From Cetorhinus maximus (Eukaryota), in NCBI RefSeq assembly GCF_964194155.1, contig NC_135896.1, positions 39,122,001 through 39,186,000 on the forward strand: DNA of 64,000 bases, in the 5' to 3' direction. Of the stretch, positions 24,419 through 36,625 are shown in pieces. Positions within the stretch are counted from its first letter, which is position 1. Each line of letters starts with the position of its first letter. Made by a program: the position numbers and the translations under genes. The notes below the pieces were generated by a model. The model had not been told where the DNA came from, ran no database searches, and saw only the letters and a program-made list of their open reading frames with translations.

Positions 24419-25134
24419 GGCCCAGATTTTGCTGTGATAATTGACAGCAAAATTATGAGTGTTCATCATCATTACTGCGCTAAAATTGACAGCAACTTTG
24501 GTGTTCAGACGTGCAGAATAGCACAAAAATCCAGAAGTTGCTGTCAGTGTGCGTATGCTCCGCCATCAGGTGCACTGTAGAGGTTCTCACAAAATGCAAT
24601 TTCCGTTGCAATCATGATTTAGCGAGAACTTCCATGCCGTAAAAACCATTGAAAAAGTCACAACTTGTTGAATGAAATGTAACCGGGCTTTTAACAGCAT
24701 AGTAACTTGGAAGGATGATTTTATATTCGTAGAATGTCAAATTCCTCCACAATGATTAAAAAAGATCCACATTTTTTCTAAAAGTATTTTTTTCTTTTAT
24801 TAAAAGTCTGTTTATCTTTATTTTAGCTTCTACCTTATTACAGTCATACATTTATTTTGTTCTCTGAAAATTTAAATTAGAAGTTAAGAATTTTAAATGT
24901 TTTTAACTCCCTGGTTTGCTGTGTGTGAATACTTCAGTGTCATTGATTGCCTACCTCCTTGCTGACATCGCTGTTGCTGTATGCCAAGACATCCCCTTGA
25001 CGTGGTGCCAGGTTTGAACTGCTGCCTGAAAGAGGAAAGTCCTGCCACAAAAGATTACCGGATAGTTGTGGACAGTTTTCTTCGAGGTCAGCAGCGAACA
25101 CCCTTGCTTCACCATTGACCATGGAATCTAAGCC
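24419..25134. mobile_element. Harbinger-type MITE (family shared with 43829-44581)
   Basis: Termini ggcccagattttgc / ggaatctaagcc, flanks TAT/AAT. Interior (gtgtgaatacttcagtgtcattgattgc...gacatc.ctgttgct...ggtgccagg) matches 44375-44470. Confidence 0.65.
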
Positions 25135-25398
25135 AATGTAACTGTGCTACCAAGTAAAAATCAATGGTTCGTAGCTATGATGTGCCCTGTGGTGACTTCC
25201 TCATTTTAATCACCACTGTAAAAGTAGATAGTAAATGCAGGTTAGCTACTTTCACACAGTGATGTAGAGAATATTTGCCAGGCACACCAGCCTGGGATGT
25301 TCTTGTATACCTCACAACACCTATCCATCCACTCAGAAATGAGATTGGTGGAGACATAGGAATAGATTATCTTCTCAATCCTTTTTGGCTAGAAATGG

Positions 25399-25426
25399 TA
25401 TATATATATATATATATATATATATA
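25399..25426. repeat. (TA)14 microsatellite
   Basis: Directly visible. Confidence 0.98.
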
Positions 25427-26349
25427 GCGTATGAGGCCCAATAGGTATGGAGAAAAACAAACTTTAAGTTTGCATGTTTTTCTCTAATTACCAACCCACC
25501 TACTAAATCATTTTTTCAAAACTAAGTATTGTCTCAATTTTGTCAGTGTGCTCATTAATTACAGAGTGAAATAGGCATTCTCCTAGTTTCATCAAAAGGG
25601 GAATTTCACTCCCATTTTAAAATGTTTAAATTCTGGGGAGGAAATAAATGTGTTTCAGGACTTATCCTTTAAGTACTTAATGCTGAAGTACTCAAACATG
25701 ACTTAAATTTCTTATTTCACTTATCTGTGTGTATTTTAAATAAATCCTAACTATGATCTTTATATTGCCTTCTAAACATACTGTTCAACAAAGGATCGAT
25801 CATTCAAGCTTATTTTAGAAAGGTCCCATTAAGTGGAGCATAATTTGACATTTTTAAAAATCAAATATTGTCTTTACATCTTGGGTTGGGTTGAGCTGAT
25901 AAAATATATTTAGAATGGCACAAATGTAAAGAATATTTGTGAAGAGAATAATTAGACAAGAGTAATCTAATCAAGAGGTGCAAATTATGTCATAAACCAT
26001 GAGAGTAAAGCTTGAGTGTTATATACTAGTTATCTGATGCCATCTCTCCACTAACCCTCCCCACCCCTTATTAAGATCAGATTACTCTTTAGAAGTACTT
26101 TCTAATACTTCTTTTCTTTCAGAATCCAGAACTTCAATTTTATGTGAGCACCTTATTTGGTTTAGGTCTATTTTTGTGCCAGCAGCTGTCATCAATAGAA
26201 ACCACTACAGTCAAAGTATTTCAAGTTATTGATTACTGATGACATTCTCACTGGAGCAATAGCAGCCAGAACATAATTACTGCCAGTTGATTGAAAAATA
26301 AACTAAATGTCTATTGGAAAATGCTAAGTCCGGTGCATCTTATAGGCAT

Positions 26350-29300
26350 CGACTCATAATGTTTACAGCACAGAAAGAGGCCATTTGGCCCATCATGTCT
26401 GTGCCGGTTAACAAAGGTCTGACTATACAAATCCCATTTTCCAGTGCTAGGCCCATAGCCCTGGAGGCTATGGCAATGCAAGTGCACATCTAAATACTTC
26501 TTAAGTGTTACTAGAGTTTCTCACTCAAACACCCTTTCAGGCAGTGAGTTCCAGAAATTTTTCCTCAACTCCCCTCTTAACCTTCTACCTCTTACCTTAA
26601 ATCTATGCCACCTGGTTATTGACCCTTCTATTAATGGAAAAATTGCCTTCCTATCCACCCTATCTATGTCCCTCAATCTTATACACCTCAATCAGGTCCC
26701 CTCTCAACCTTGGCTGCTCCAAGGAAAACAACCCCAGCCTTTCCAATCTTTCCTCATAGCTCAGACCCTCCAGTCCAGGCAGCACCCTGGTAAATCTCCT
26801 TTGCACCCTCTCCAGTGCAATCACATCCTTCCTATAATGTGGTGACCAGAACTGCATGCAGTACTCCAGTTGTGGTCTAACCAGCATTTTATACAGCTCC
26901 AGCATAACCTCCCTGCTCTTGTATTCTATGCCTCGGCTAATAAAGGCAAGTATCCCACATGCCTTCTTAACCACCTTATCTACCTGCCCTGCTACCTTCA
27001 GGGATCTGTGGATATGCACACCAAGGTCCCTCTGATCTTCAGTACTTTCCAGGATCCTACCATTCATAGCATAATCCCTTGCCTTGTTAGCCCACCCCAA
27101 GTGCATTACCTCACACTTTTCCAGGTTGAATTCCATTTGCCACTGCTCTGCCTACCTGACCAGTCCATTGATATCCTCCTGCAGTTTTCAATATCCTCCT
27201 CATTATTTACCACCCTACCAATTTTTGTGGCATCGGCAAACTTCTTGATCATACCCCCTACATTTAAGTTCAAATCATTTATCACCAGAAACAGCAAGGG
27301 CTCCAGCACCGAGCCCTGTGGTACCCCACTGGAAACAGACTTCCAGTCACAGTAACATCTCTCTACCATTGCCCTCTGCTTCCTGCCTCTCAGCCAATCT
27401 TGGATCCAACATGCCACTTTGCCTTGGATCCAATGGGCTCTTACTTTCTTGACCAGTCTGCCGTGAGGGACCTTATCAAAAGCTTTGCTAAAGTCCGTGT
27501 AGACCACATCAAATGCATTATACTCATCAACACTCCTGGTTACCTCCTCAAAAAATTCGATTAAATTTGTCAAACTTGATCTTCCCTTAACAAATCCATG
27601 CTGACTATCCCTGATTAACCCATGTCTCTCCAAGTGCAGATATATTCTGTCCCTCAGAATTCTTTCTAGTTACTTCCCCACCACTGAGGTTTAACTGACT
27701 GGCCTGTAATTTCCTGGTCTCTCCCTCCCTCCCTTTTTTAATAATGGGACAACGTTAGCAGTCCTCCAGTCCTCTGGCACCTCACCTGTGGCCAGAGAGG
27801 GTTTGAAAATTACTGCCAGAGCCCCTGATATCTCTTCCCTTGCCTTCCCCAACAGTCTGGGATACATCTCGTCCGGGCCTGTGGATTTATCCACTTTTGA
27901 GGCTGCTAAACCCACTAGTACCTCCTCTCTCTCTTGTTAATTTCCTCTAATGTTTCGCAGTCCTCCACCCTGATGTCTATACCTGCGTCGTCCTTTTCCA
28001 TTATGAAGACCGACGCAAAGTATTCACTGAGGACAATACCCACATCTTCCCGGTCCCCATACAGATTACCTCTCTGGTCCCTAATTGGCCCTAGTTATTC
28101 TCTTGCTCTTTATATACTTAAAAAACCCCTTTGGGTTTTCCTTTATTCTACCCACCAATGCTTTCTCATGCACTCTCTTAGCTTTCCTAGCTTCCTTTTT
28201 AAGTTCCCCTCTGTACTTTTTATACAGCGCTAGGGACTCTTCCATATTGAACCCTCGTTATCTGCCATAAGCTTCTCTTCATTTCTTAATCCTAACCTTT
28301 ATGTCCCTTGACATCCAGGGTTCTCCAGACTTGGTACCGTCTTTGTCTTTACAGGGACATATTTGCCCTGTACTTTCACTATTTCCTCCTTGAATGCCTC
28401 CCACTGCTCTGACAGTTTTATCTGCAAGTAGCTACTTCCAGTCCACTTGGGCCAAATCATATCTCATCTTAGTAAAATTAGCCTTTCCCTAAATTTAGAA
28501 CTTATATTCCTGACCCAACCTTATTCTTTTCCATAACTATCCTAAATCTAACTGAGTTATGGTCACCAGCTCCAAAATGTTCCCCTACTGATACACCTTC
28601 CACCTGTCTGGGCTCATTTCCGAATATTAGGTCCAGAACTGCCCCCTCCCTTGTTGGGCTTTCTACGTACTGGCTAAAAAAAGTTCTCCTGGGTGCAACT
28701 TAAGAATTTTGCTCCCTCCCTACCTTGCACACTAAAATTATCCTAGTTCATAATTGGGTAGTTAAAATCCCCTATTACTGCCTTATTATTCTTACACTTC
28801 TCTGAAATTTGATTACATATTTGATCCTCTATCTCTCTCTGACTGTTTGGGGGGCCTATAGTACACACCCAACAGTGTGTTTGCCCCTTTTGTGTTTTTT
28901 ACTTCTACCCATATAGCCTGATTTGATGATCCTTCCAAGGTATCATCCCTCCTCACTGCTATAATTGATTGCTTGATCAATATTGCAACCCCCTCCTCTT
29001 CTATCCCCCTCTCTATCTCGTCTGAATACCCTGTAACCAGGAATGTTGAGCTGCCAATCCTGCCTTTATTTTAGCCAAGTCTCAGTAATAGCTATGATAT
29101 CGTACTCCCATGTGCCTACCTCAGCTCGTCTGTCTTATTCCTCAAGCTCCTTGCATTAAAATATATTCCTTTAGCCTTGCTAAACTCACTTCTTCCTTAT
29201 CTAGCCTATGTTTCCCCTACCTTCCAGACTCACTAGCGTTTTAACTTCTAATTCGATCTCAGCTTCTCTCCACTCTGAACTACTTTTCAGGATCCCATCC

Positions 29301-29352
29301 CCCTGCCAATTTAGTTTAAATCTGCCCAAACAGCATTAGCAAATCTCCCAGT
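26350..29352 (-). mobile_element. CR1 LINE: whole ORF2 (EN and RT, frameshifted) plus end of ORF1
   Basis: ORF fragments SQHGFVKGRSSLTNLIEFFE, DFSKAFDKVPH, SGVPQGSVLEP, KFADATKIG, MEFNLEKCEVMHLG and LERVQRRFTR. ORF1 C-terminus (GRFANAV..DLN*) near 29320. Confidence 0.95.
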
Positions 29353-29415
29353 AAGGCAGTTAAGCTCTTAGAATTATTTCTTAAATTAAGAAAGAAAGAC
29401 TTCTATTTATATCGT

Positions 29416-30114
29416 AGGCTGAATTTTGCTTCAGCTGCAGGAAGCAAGAGTCTTAACAGTTTGCAAGTCCAGAACCTGCACCCCGCCACCCCCCAACTCC
29501 ATACCCCCTTCCACCACCACCCCACCTCTCCCCCCCCCACGGAAATAGTCAATGGCCTGGGGTTTACACAGAGATGCCCTTTTAATCGACATGGGGACAG
29601 TTCCATGAAGCTGAAGGGCCAGAGAGCAAGCTGCAGTATAGGATAAGTAATTGAGAGGCTGCTTCAACATGGAGATGCCCTCTCGCCAACTTCTTTAAAA
29701 TTTAAATAAAAAGCAGAAAAAGCAATCAGGCCACCAAGGTCAGGGTTTAGAGGTGAGGCTGTGGAATCCCTCTACTGCACCCACACCCAGGAGACAGGGA
29801 GGGCCTGCAGGCCTGCCTGGAAGACTGGGCCCCTAGCCTGTGTGCCCATCTCCAGGTAATTAAACTGCTCTCCATCGCATCAGGAAACCGGACGTCAATT
29901 GGAAAATCCCAGTCGGCCTCCTTTCATTGCTCTTAACAAGGTTCTTAATGAGCCTAATTGGCTAGATGCCTTGTGGGGGGCATGGGTGTGTTGGGGGGAT
30001 GCGTGTAACCCTGTCAGCCCCACACCTGCCTCGGCTAGGAATGCTGCCAGCGCCTACATTTTCAGGCCAGTCTGCCTTTGTTGCTGACCTTGGTGGGGCC
30101 CAAAATTTCTGCCC
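29416..30114. mobile_element. Harbinger-type MITE
   Basis: Termini AGGCTGAATTTT / AAAATTTCTGCCC. TSD not preserved. Confidence 0.6.
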
Positions 30115-30672
30115 AATGCCTTTCATTACTACCAAAGTGCTTTGCAGCTTTTGGAGTGTAATCACTGATGTAATGTAGGAAAAGATACCATCAGTTAGGC
30201 AATGGATCAATTACTCTGAGTTTTAATTATTTAAGGTAACTTAGGATGTCACTGAGTTAGGCAGTGTGTACAATTCAAAATATACTGTATTTCTCTCCAC
30301 TCTCTTCATTGTGACATTTGAGTTAAGACACAATATTCAAAGAATGACTGGCAGGTTTTACAGCTGTATAAATGGTTTAAGCATTTGTCCCAATGATCCA
30401 GCTGGAAACAGTAATAAACTTAAATATTTCAGCAGTTAATTTTTTAATATTATCTTCCTATTCCCTATTATTTACCATAATACACCTCATGACGACTCAC
30501 ATTTTGTGAAAACGCTGGTATAAGAATAACTTTAAAGTTTGTCCAACAGGTTGATGTGATGTGTCTAGCGTGTGGATGAAGAGAGTTAGCACGCTTTCTG
30601 CTTTTATGTGCTAGTTTGTTTCTCATTTTCAGTTACACTGCTGGCTAGCAGCAATGTGAGAAAGAGAACCAA

Positions 30673-31617
30673 GGCCAGAATCTTCGGCTCGGCGAGCGGA
30701 GGTGGGCGCAACTTGCCGGCACGTAAAATGACGCGCGGTGACTTCGGGTGTACATCCTGACGTCACCATGCGTCATTCAGATCTTCAGTTCGGTGGGCGC
30801 GCACCGGAGTCGGCTATTAAGGTCATTTAAAAACTAATTTAACAACTTAACATAGTTGCCCGTCCAACCTTAAGGCTGGCAGGCAGACGAAGAGCCTAGG
30901 CAGCCTTTGCATTTTTCATGAAACCTCGTCCATGGGTGGGATGAGGTTTCATGAATGATTTATAAGTGAAATAAAGATTTTCATTAAAATTCATAGACAT
31001 GTCCCAGCTCATGTGACACTTTCACATGAGGGGACGTGTCCTAAATTTTTTTTCTTTATCAAAATTTTTGAACTCAAACTGATCAAAGTTGCAGAGTCCG
31101 GGACCAGGTGAGTATGGGTGTTCTCATGGCACGATGGGGAGGTGAAGCCCGAGAAAAGGGCAGAGAGGGGTGGAGGTGGTGGGAGAGATGGGAGAGAACA
31201 TGGTTGGGGGGGGGTAGAGTGGAGAGAGGAGGGAGCACCTGTGGGAGCAGACCTTGTAGGATGGGGAGGGGTTGGTTGTTTGATGTGGAAAGGAGGCCCG
31301 TGAGGGAGGATCCCCCCCCATCTCACCTCATGCTTGAGGCCTGAGCAGGGTTACTTGCCAGGCTTCCCTTGGCCCCTGAACTCCTCCCATTAGCCTCAAA
31401 ATTGAGACTGGGTGGGAAATGGCCTTAACTGGTCATTTATTGTTCACTTAAGGGCCTCAATGGACCAAGGAGGGGCCAGCCAGTCTGGGCCTCACCTGTC
31501 CCCTGTAAAATTGCAGACAGGTCAGGGCAGGTGGAAGGGCGTTGAGAAGGTCATCCAGGGAAATTTACAGGCCCCTGCCTGCAAACCTGGTGGTGGGGGA
31601 ACCATAAAATTCTGCCT
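30673..31617. mobile_element. Chimeric Harbinger MITE: hairpin-chain family left part (copy C) fused to a different family
   Basis: 30673 to about 31085 aligns to copy A. The remainder is unrelated G-rich sequence ending AAAATTCTGCCT. Flanks CAA/CTG differ. Confidence 0.7.
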
Positions 31618-31624
31618 CTGGAGA

Positions 31625-33410
31625 TCCAATATCAGGGCATTGGCACTAACTGGATTTGATCATTACCATATGTGACTCTCTGAACAGCATTATCAACACA
31701 CAAATCTACCACAGCACTGACTGCGAAACAGATCACACCCTGGTGTGCGCCAGAGTTAGAATGCAACCCTTGAAGCTTTTTCATTCAAAGCAGAGATGCC
31801 GTCCTTGTACCAAATTTAGCCATACTGCCTACCCAGATAAAAACCCAACAGTCCCTCAACTCAATTAAACAGGTGCTCACCAGCATTCCAATACATAGTG
31901 CAGGAGTGAAATGAAACATACTTCGAGACACCATCTACAATACTGCACTCTCAGTATATGGGAAGCAAGAGCGGGAAAAAGCTGACAGGTTTGAAGTTAA
32001 CATGGCTACGATGGAACCTGTTTTTGAAGCCCAATAGTCCACTCTCATTAATTACAAGAGAAATCCAAGTGACAAGACTCTGAATGCAATAAGAGCTACT
32101 CAAAGTAAAGTCCAACAGACTGCTATGCAGTGCGCCAGTGACTACTGGCTATGACTGGAGTCAAACATGATTGTGTTCTGGCACTGACACTCTTTGGCAT
32201 ATTCTTTGCTGTTGTTCTAATGCCTTCAGATCATCTACAGAGGGTGTCTACTTACAAAGCTGAAAGATGTTCAGAATTGCTCACCTGAGATCCAATGCAA
32301 AGATGCACTAAGCCCTCAAAGCTGAGGAACATTTACAACGGCAAATGGGCAGATCCTCTCAAGTCTGTGAAGAGTTTGATTAAAGCAAAATACTGCAGAT
32401 GCTGGAATTCTGAAACAAAAACAAAAAATGCTGGAAAAACTCAGCAGGTCTGACAGCATCTGTGGAGAGAAAGACAGAGTTAACATTTTAAATCCATGAC
32501 TCTTCTTCAGAGCTAAAGAGAATTACAAATGTGTGAAATATATACTGTTAAGGGGAGGGGCGGAGAGTGTAGAACAGATGAAGCTGGATAGAAGGCCAGC
32601 GATAGGTGGAGGCAAAGGAGAGATTGCAAAAGATGTCATAAACAAAAGGTCAAAGGAGTGTTAATGGTGGTGGTAGTGGCTAAAGAAAGTGCTAATGGTG
32701 GCATTAAGAATAGAAAGTAGAATGAGCAAGTGACAGATGGCCCTAGTGGGGGGTGGGGTGCAGGGAGGGGACGGTGTTGGGAATTTAGCCTATTTTTGAT
32801 CTTTTTTCCCAACACTGTCCCCTCCCCCCACCCCACCGCGACAGAGCCATAAAATTCCACTGACATTTGCCATTTCTTGGCAGGCCAATGTCACCACTCA
32901 GAGTTCCTGGAATTTGCTGATCCCATCAGCATACACTCATTGCTAAGCCAGCAACATCTGCGCTGGCTCAGCCATGTTAATCGGATGGATGACAGTTGTA
33001 TTTCCAAAGACCTTCTGTACGGTGAACTGGTCATTGGGTCATGATCTCCTGGGCATCCACACCTCCACTACGAGGACACATGCAAGCGAGATATGAAGAT
33101 GACAGACATTGACACTGACAACTGGGAAACAGTCACTGATGGCTGTGACCTCTAGAGGCTGACTGTTTGGAAGGGTATTGGAAAAGGTGAGCAGAAAAGA
33201 ATAAGCTCAGCTGGGCAAGAAGAGGGCCCAGAGAAAACAGAGGCCACTGAATCACGCACCTTCTCAGTCCACTGTCTTACTCTGCAGCAAATGCAGTAGA
33301 GACTGCTATGCCAAAGTAGGACTCCTAAGCCACATCAGGTGATGCTTAACACATAGTTGACCACCACGGCGCAAACCATCATCTTACGAGACAGAAGGCT
33401 GCCACTGGTA
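31625..33410 (+). mobile_element. RTE-clade LINE, internally deleted
   Basis: Endonuclease end YHSTDCETDHTLV; RT C-terminus LRWLSHVNRMDD..ISKDLLYGEL...YEDTCKRDMK; terminal C..C.RDC...GL.SH finger; RTE-type tail. Confidence 0.8.
32381..32840 (-). mobile_element. Penelope-like terminal repeat inserted in the RTE, with short terminal inversion
   Basis: taaagcaaaatactgcagatgctgg...ctcttcttcagagct; ggggacggtgttgggaa is inverted as ttcccaacactgtcccc. Confidence 0.75.
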
Positions 33411-33844
33411 TAAAAGGCCTTAATGTGACTGATGCCTGTGTTCACTAACTTTAGACATTGCTGACATTAATATGTAAATCCAACATGTTCATGTGGACTT
33501 TAAATGCCCCCTTGAGGACAATTTAATTTTGCCTGCAGACACTTTCATTTCAGAATAATAAATAAGAGAACTAGTATTGCTAATGTGCAAACAGATTATC
33601 AAAGCAGAGATTTGAGAGTGTCAGTCTCACTGAGAGTTGTACATTATTTCTGTCCCTGCTATGATGAGCAGTTGTTGATAATTTTTCATATATACATATG
33701 CAGCAAGTTCAAAGAATCTCGTAAAACTGATAGATATCACAATTGATTTTATATAAAGTATGCAAAAACAATTTTTGGTACATAATGCACCAAAGCTGAC
33801 TGATTTTCATGTTTTTTTTCTGAGTGGCTGTCTGTTTGTCTATG

Positions 33845-34155
33845 GTGCATGGAGCAACTCACCAAGGATATTTCAAAAGTACCTCCTTCCCCATGACTTG
33901 AAGGACAACAGCAGCAATGTCATGTGATTTTCTCCCAGTTCCCCTCAGAATCACAAATCATGAATACTTGGATGTATATTGCTGTCCTTCCACCATTGCT
34001 GATTCAAAATCTTGAAATTCCCTATTTAATACCATTGTGGGAGTTTTCTCATCACAAGGATTGCATAAGCTCAAGGAGAAAGCAAACTAGGGCAACTAGG
34101 AATGAACAACAAATGTGTTTTTCCAATGGCTGCCCACATTCTGAGAACAAATAAA
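33845..34155 (+). mobile_element. Highly degenerate family Z LINE 3' end
   Basis: Decayed tail agggcaactaggaatgaacaacaaatg...cccacattctgagaac. Confidence 0.55.
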
Positions 34156-34242
34156 AATTTGCATGGGAGAAAAATAGTTCTAAAAATAATAGACTAGTAA
34201 TATTATTATTTCATGTAATTTTAATATAACTATTAATATTAA

Positions 34243-34720
34243 GGATGAAGGGCTTATCTTACGAAGAAAAGTTGAACAGGTTAAGCCTATACCCATTGGA
34301 GTTTAGAAGAATGAGAGGTGTTCTTATTGAGACATAAGATCCTGAGGGGACTTGATAGGGTGGATAGTGGAAGGATGTTTCCTCTTGTGGGGGAGACTAG
34401 AACTGGGGGACACAGTTTAAGAATAAGAGGCCTCCCTTTAAATGTTTACAGGGTTGTTAGTTTGTGGGATGGTCTTCCCTAGAAAGCAGCGGAGGCTGGG
34501 ACTTCGAATTTATTCAAGGCTGAGTTAGATGGATTTTTGATAGACAAAGATCAAGGTTGGGGGAGGGGGGGGTTTGTGGGTGGGGGGAGCGGGTGTGGTG
34601 CAGACAGGAAAGTGGATTGAGACCACAATCAGATCACCCATGATCTTATCAAATGGTGGAGCAGGCTTGAAGGAAAGAATGGCCTGCTCCTGCTCTTAGA
34701 TCCTAGGTTCCTAGGTTCCA
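34243..34720 (+). mobile_element. CR1 LINE 3' fragment
   Basis: MKGLSYEEKLNRLSLYPLEFRRMRG.LIETYKILRG followed by the CR1 3' UTR with a short repeat tail. Confidence 0.85.
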
Positions 34721-35334
34721 ATTGAATACATGTCTGTTGTAGTTTTTTGTGAAGATAGAACTTTGCATTTATATACTGTTACGACCTCAGCCGATGTTAT
34801 TTATTGAGAAAGCCAAATCCCAAAGGGAAATTTGTCTTACTGATCATAACTTTTTTTTTGTATTCTGAAATCAAGTGGAAAACTACTAATCCCGGAAGCA
34901 TTGAATACCAGTAACACTTCTCGGATTTTAAAATTAGAAGATTTATTAACAAGAAGAAAAAAAACTTACATACACAAGATTAAAATTACAGAGTTAAACA
35001 GTCTTACAAAACATTCACCCTAAAAAACCCACTTGGTCAAAACACACGTAAACTACTTGGCGTCAGCTCTTAAATAGATTTCTAACCATAAAAATCCAGT
35101 ACTATTACCCAAGGCAACAACAGCTGTTACTTTAGTAATGTGTACCACACAACTTCTCACTCTCTTCCACTCTGCTGTGGAGATCCAGAAACAGACTGCT
35201 TTCTGAAAACAAAGACTTCTCTGGCTTGAAACTGGATGGCTGCTTCAAATTCATAACTTCTCTCAGCACAGAGCTGGTCTCAGGGCATCTCCCCCACACA
35301 GCCACCACAACTCAACTAAACATCTTTCCTTAAA

Positions 35335-36109
35335 TAAAAACAAAAATACCTGGAAAAACTCAGCAGGTCTGACAGCATCTGCGGAGAGGAATACAGTTAA
35401 CGTTTCGAGTCCGTATGACTCTTCAACAGAACTAAGGAAAAATAGAAAAGAGGTGAAATATGAGCTGTTTTAAGAGGGGGGGTGGTGGGGGGGGGGGGAC
35501 AGGTAGAGCTGGATAGAGGGCCAGTGATAGGTGGAGATAGCCAAAAGATGTCATAGACAAAAGGACAAAGAGGTGTTGAAGGTGGTGATATTATCTAAGG
35601 AATGAGCTAATAGGTGACATTAAGGGTAGAAAGCAGGACGAGCAAGGTACAGATAGCCCCAGTGGGGGTGGAGTGGGCGGAAGGGATCGAAATAGGCTAA
35701 AAGGTAGAGATAAAACAATGGATGGAAATACATTTGAAAATAATGGAAATAGGTGGGAAAAAACCCCTACTAGGACTATCTGTGCCTTGCTTGTCCTGCT
35801 TTCTACCCTTAATGTTACCTATTCCTTAGATAATATCACCACCTTCAACACCTCTTTGTCCTTTTGTCTATGACATCTTTTGGCTATCTCCACCTATCAC
35901 TGGCCCTCTATCCAGCTCTACCTGTCCCACCCCACCTTAAACCAGCTTATATTTCACCTCTTTTCTATTTTTCCTTAGTTCTGTTGAAGAGTCATACGGA
36001 CTCGAAACGTTAACTGTGTTCCTCTCCACAGATGCTGTCAGACCTGCTGAGTTTTTCCGGGTATTTTATTTTTGTTTTGGATTTCCAGCATCCGCAGTTT
36101 TTTGCTTTT
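35335..36109. mobile_element. Penelope-like inverted terminal-repeat pair (arms about 330 bp, spacer about 95 bp), 13-14-bp TSD
   Basis: 35335-35670 is the reverse complement of about 35763-36080. ATCTTTCCTTAAA occurs at 35322-35334 and 36110-36122. Confidence 0.9.
35977..36015 (+). ncRNA. Minimal hammerhead-ribozyme-like motif of a Penelope-like element (variant core)
   Basis: AGTT-CTGTTGA-A-GAGTC(atacg)GACTC-GAAACGT-T-AACT gives stem I, core, stem II and the palindromic ACGT stem III. The core departs from CUGANGA at one position. A mirror copy lies on - near 35395-35433. Confidence 0.5.
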
Positions 36110-36625
36110 ATCTTTCCTTAAATTTTCTTTTCCCCTTTGATCTTAGACTCCATTGTTTTAAGCACCACTTTGAACTCATTTTTTCCAAAATATAAAAATC
36201 CTTCGTGTTTCCCTACTGTCTCTACTTTCAGGTAAAATAAAATGTAATAACCTCCCCTTGTTTACTTATGACACCTTCGTAAGTTGTATAAGTCCTTTGT
36301 CACTTCTAAACTCCCTTTGAAACTTAAATGTCAAGTTCCTACTTATAATGCAAATTTCAAATCCAATCTATTTATTCACAGGGGAGAATTTTCCCCATGT
36401 CGGGCAGGAGCAGGCACGAGTGGGCACGGACCTGCTGCCCGTGGTTGGGTCTGCATCCCCATTTTACGTGGGTGGGCCAATTAAGGCCCGCCCAGCGTAG
36501 TTCACGACTCCTGAGGATAGTGGGAGTGGGCGGGCAGCGGCGGGTGTGCACACACTGCTGGGTCCAATGGCGATCCGGTAGCCTGTTTAAATGAAGGCCT
36601 GGCAGCCTTTGTAAGGCTGCTTACA

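Larger units (their letters stand above)
34777..36380. mobile_element. LTR-like sequence, right end unresolved
   Basis: Starts TGTTACGACC, with composition similar to the solo LTR at 50637. Interrupted by a Penelope insert and cut at the H2 TIR. No TSD. Confidence 0.5.

Noticed and set aside
26870-27355. 161-aa + strand ORF
   Set aside because: Antisense shadow of the CR1 RT.
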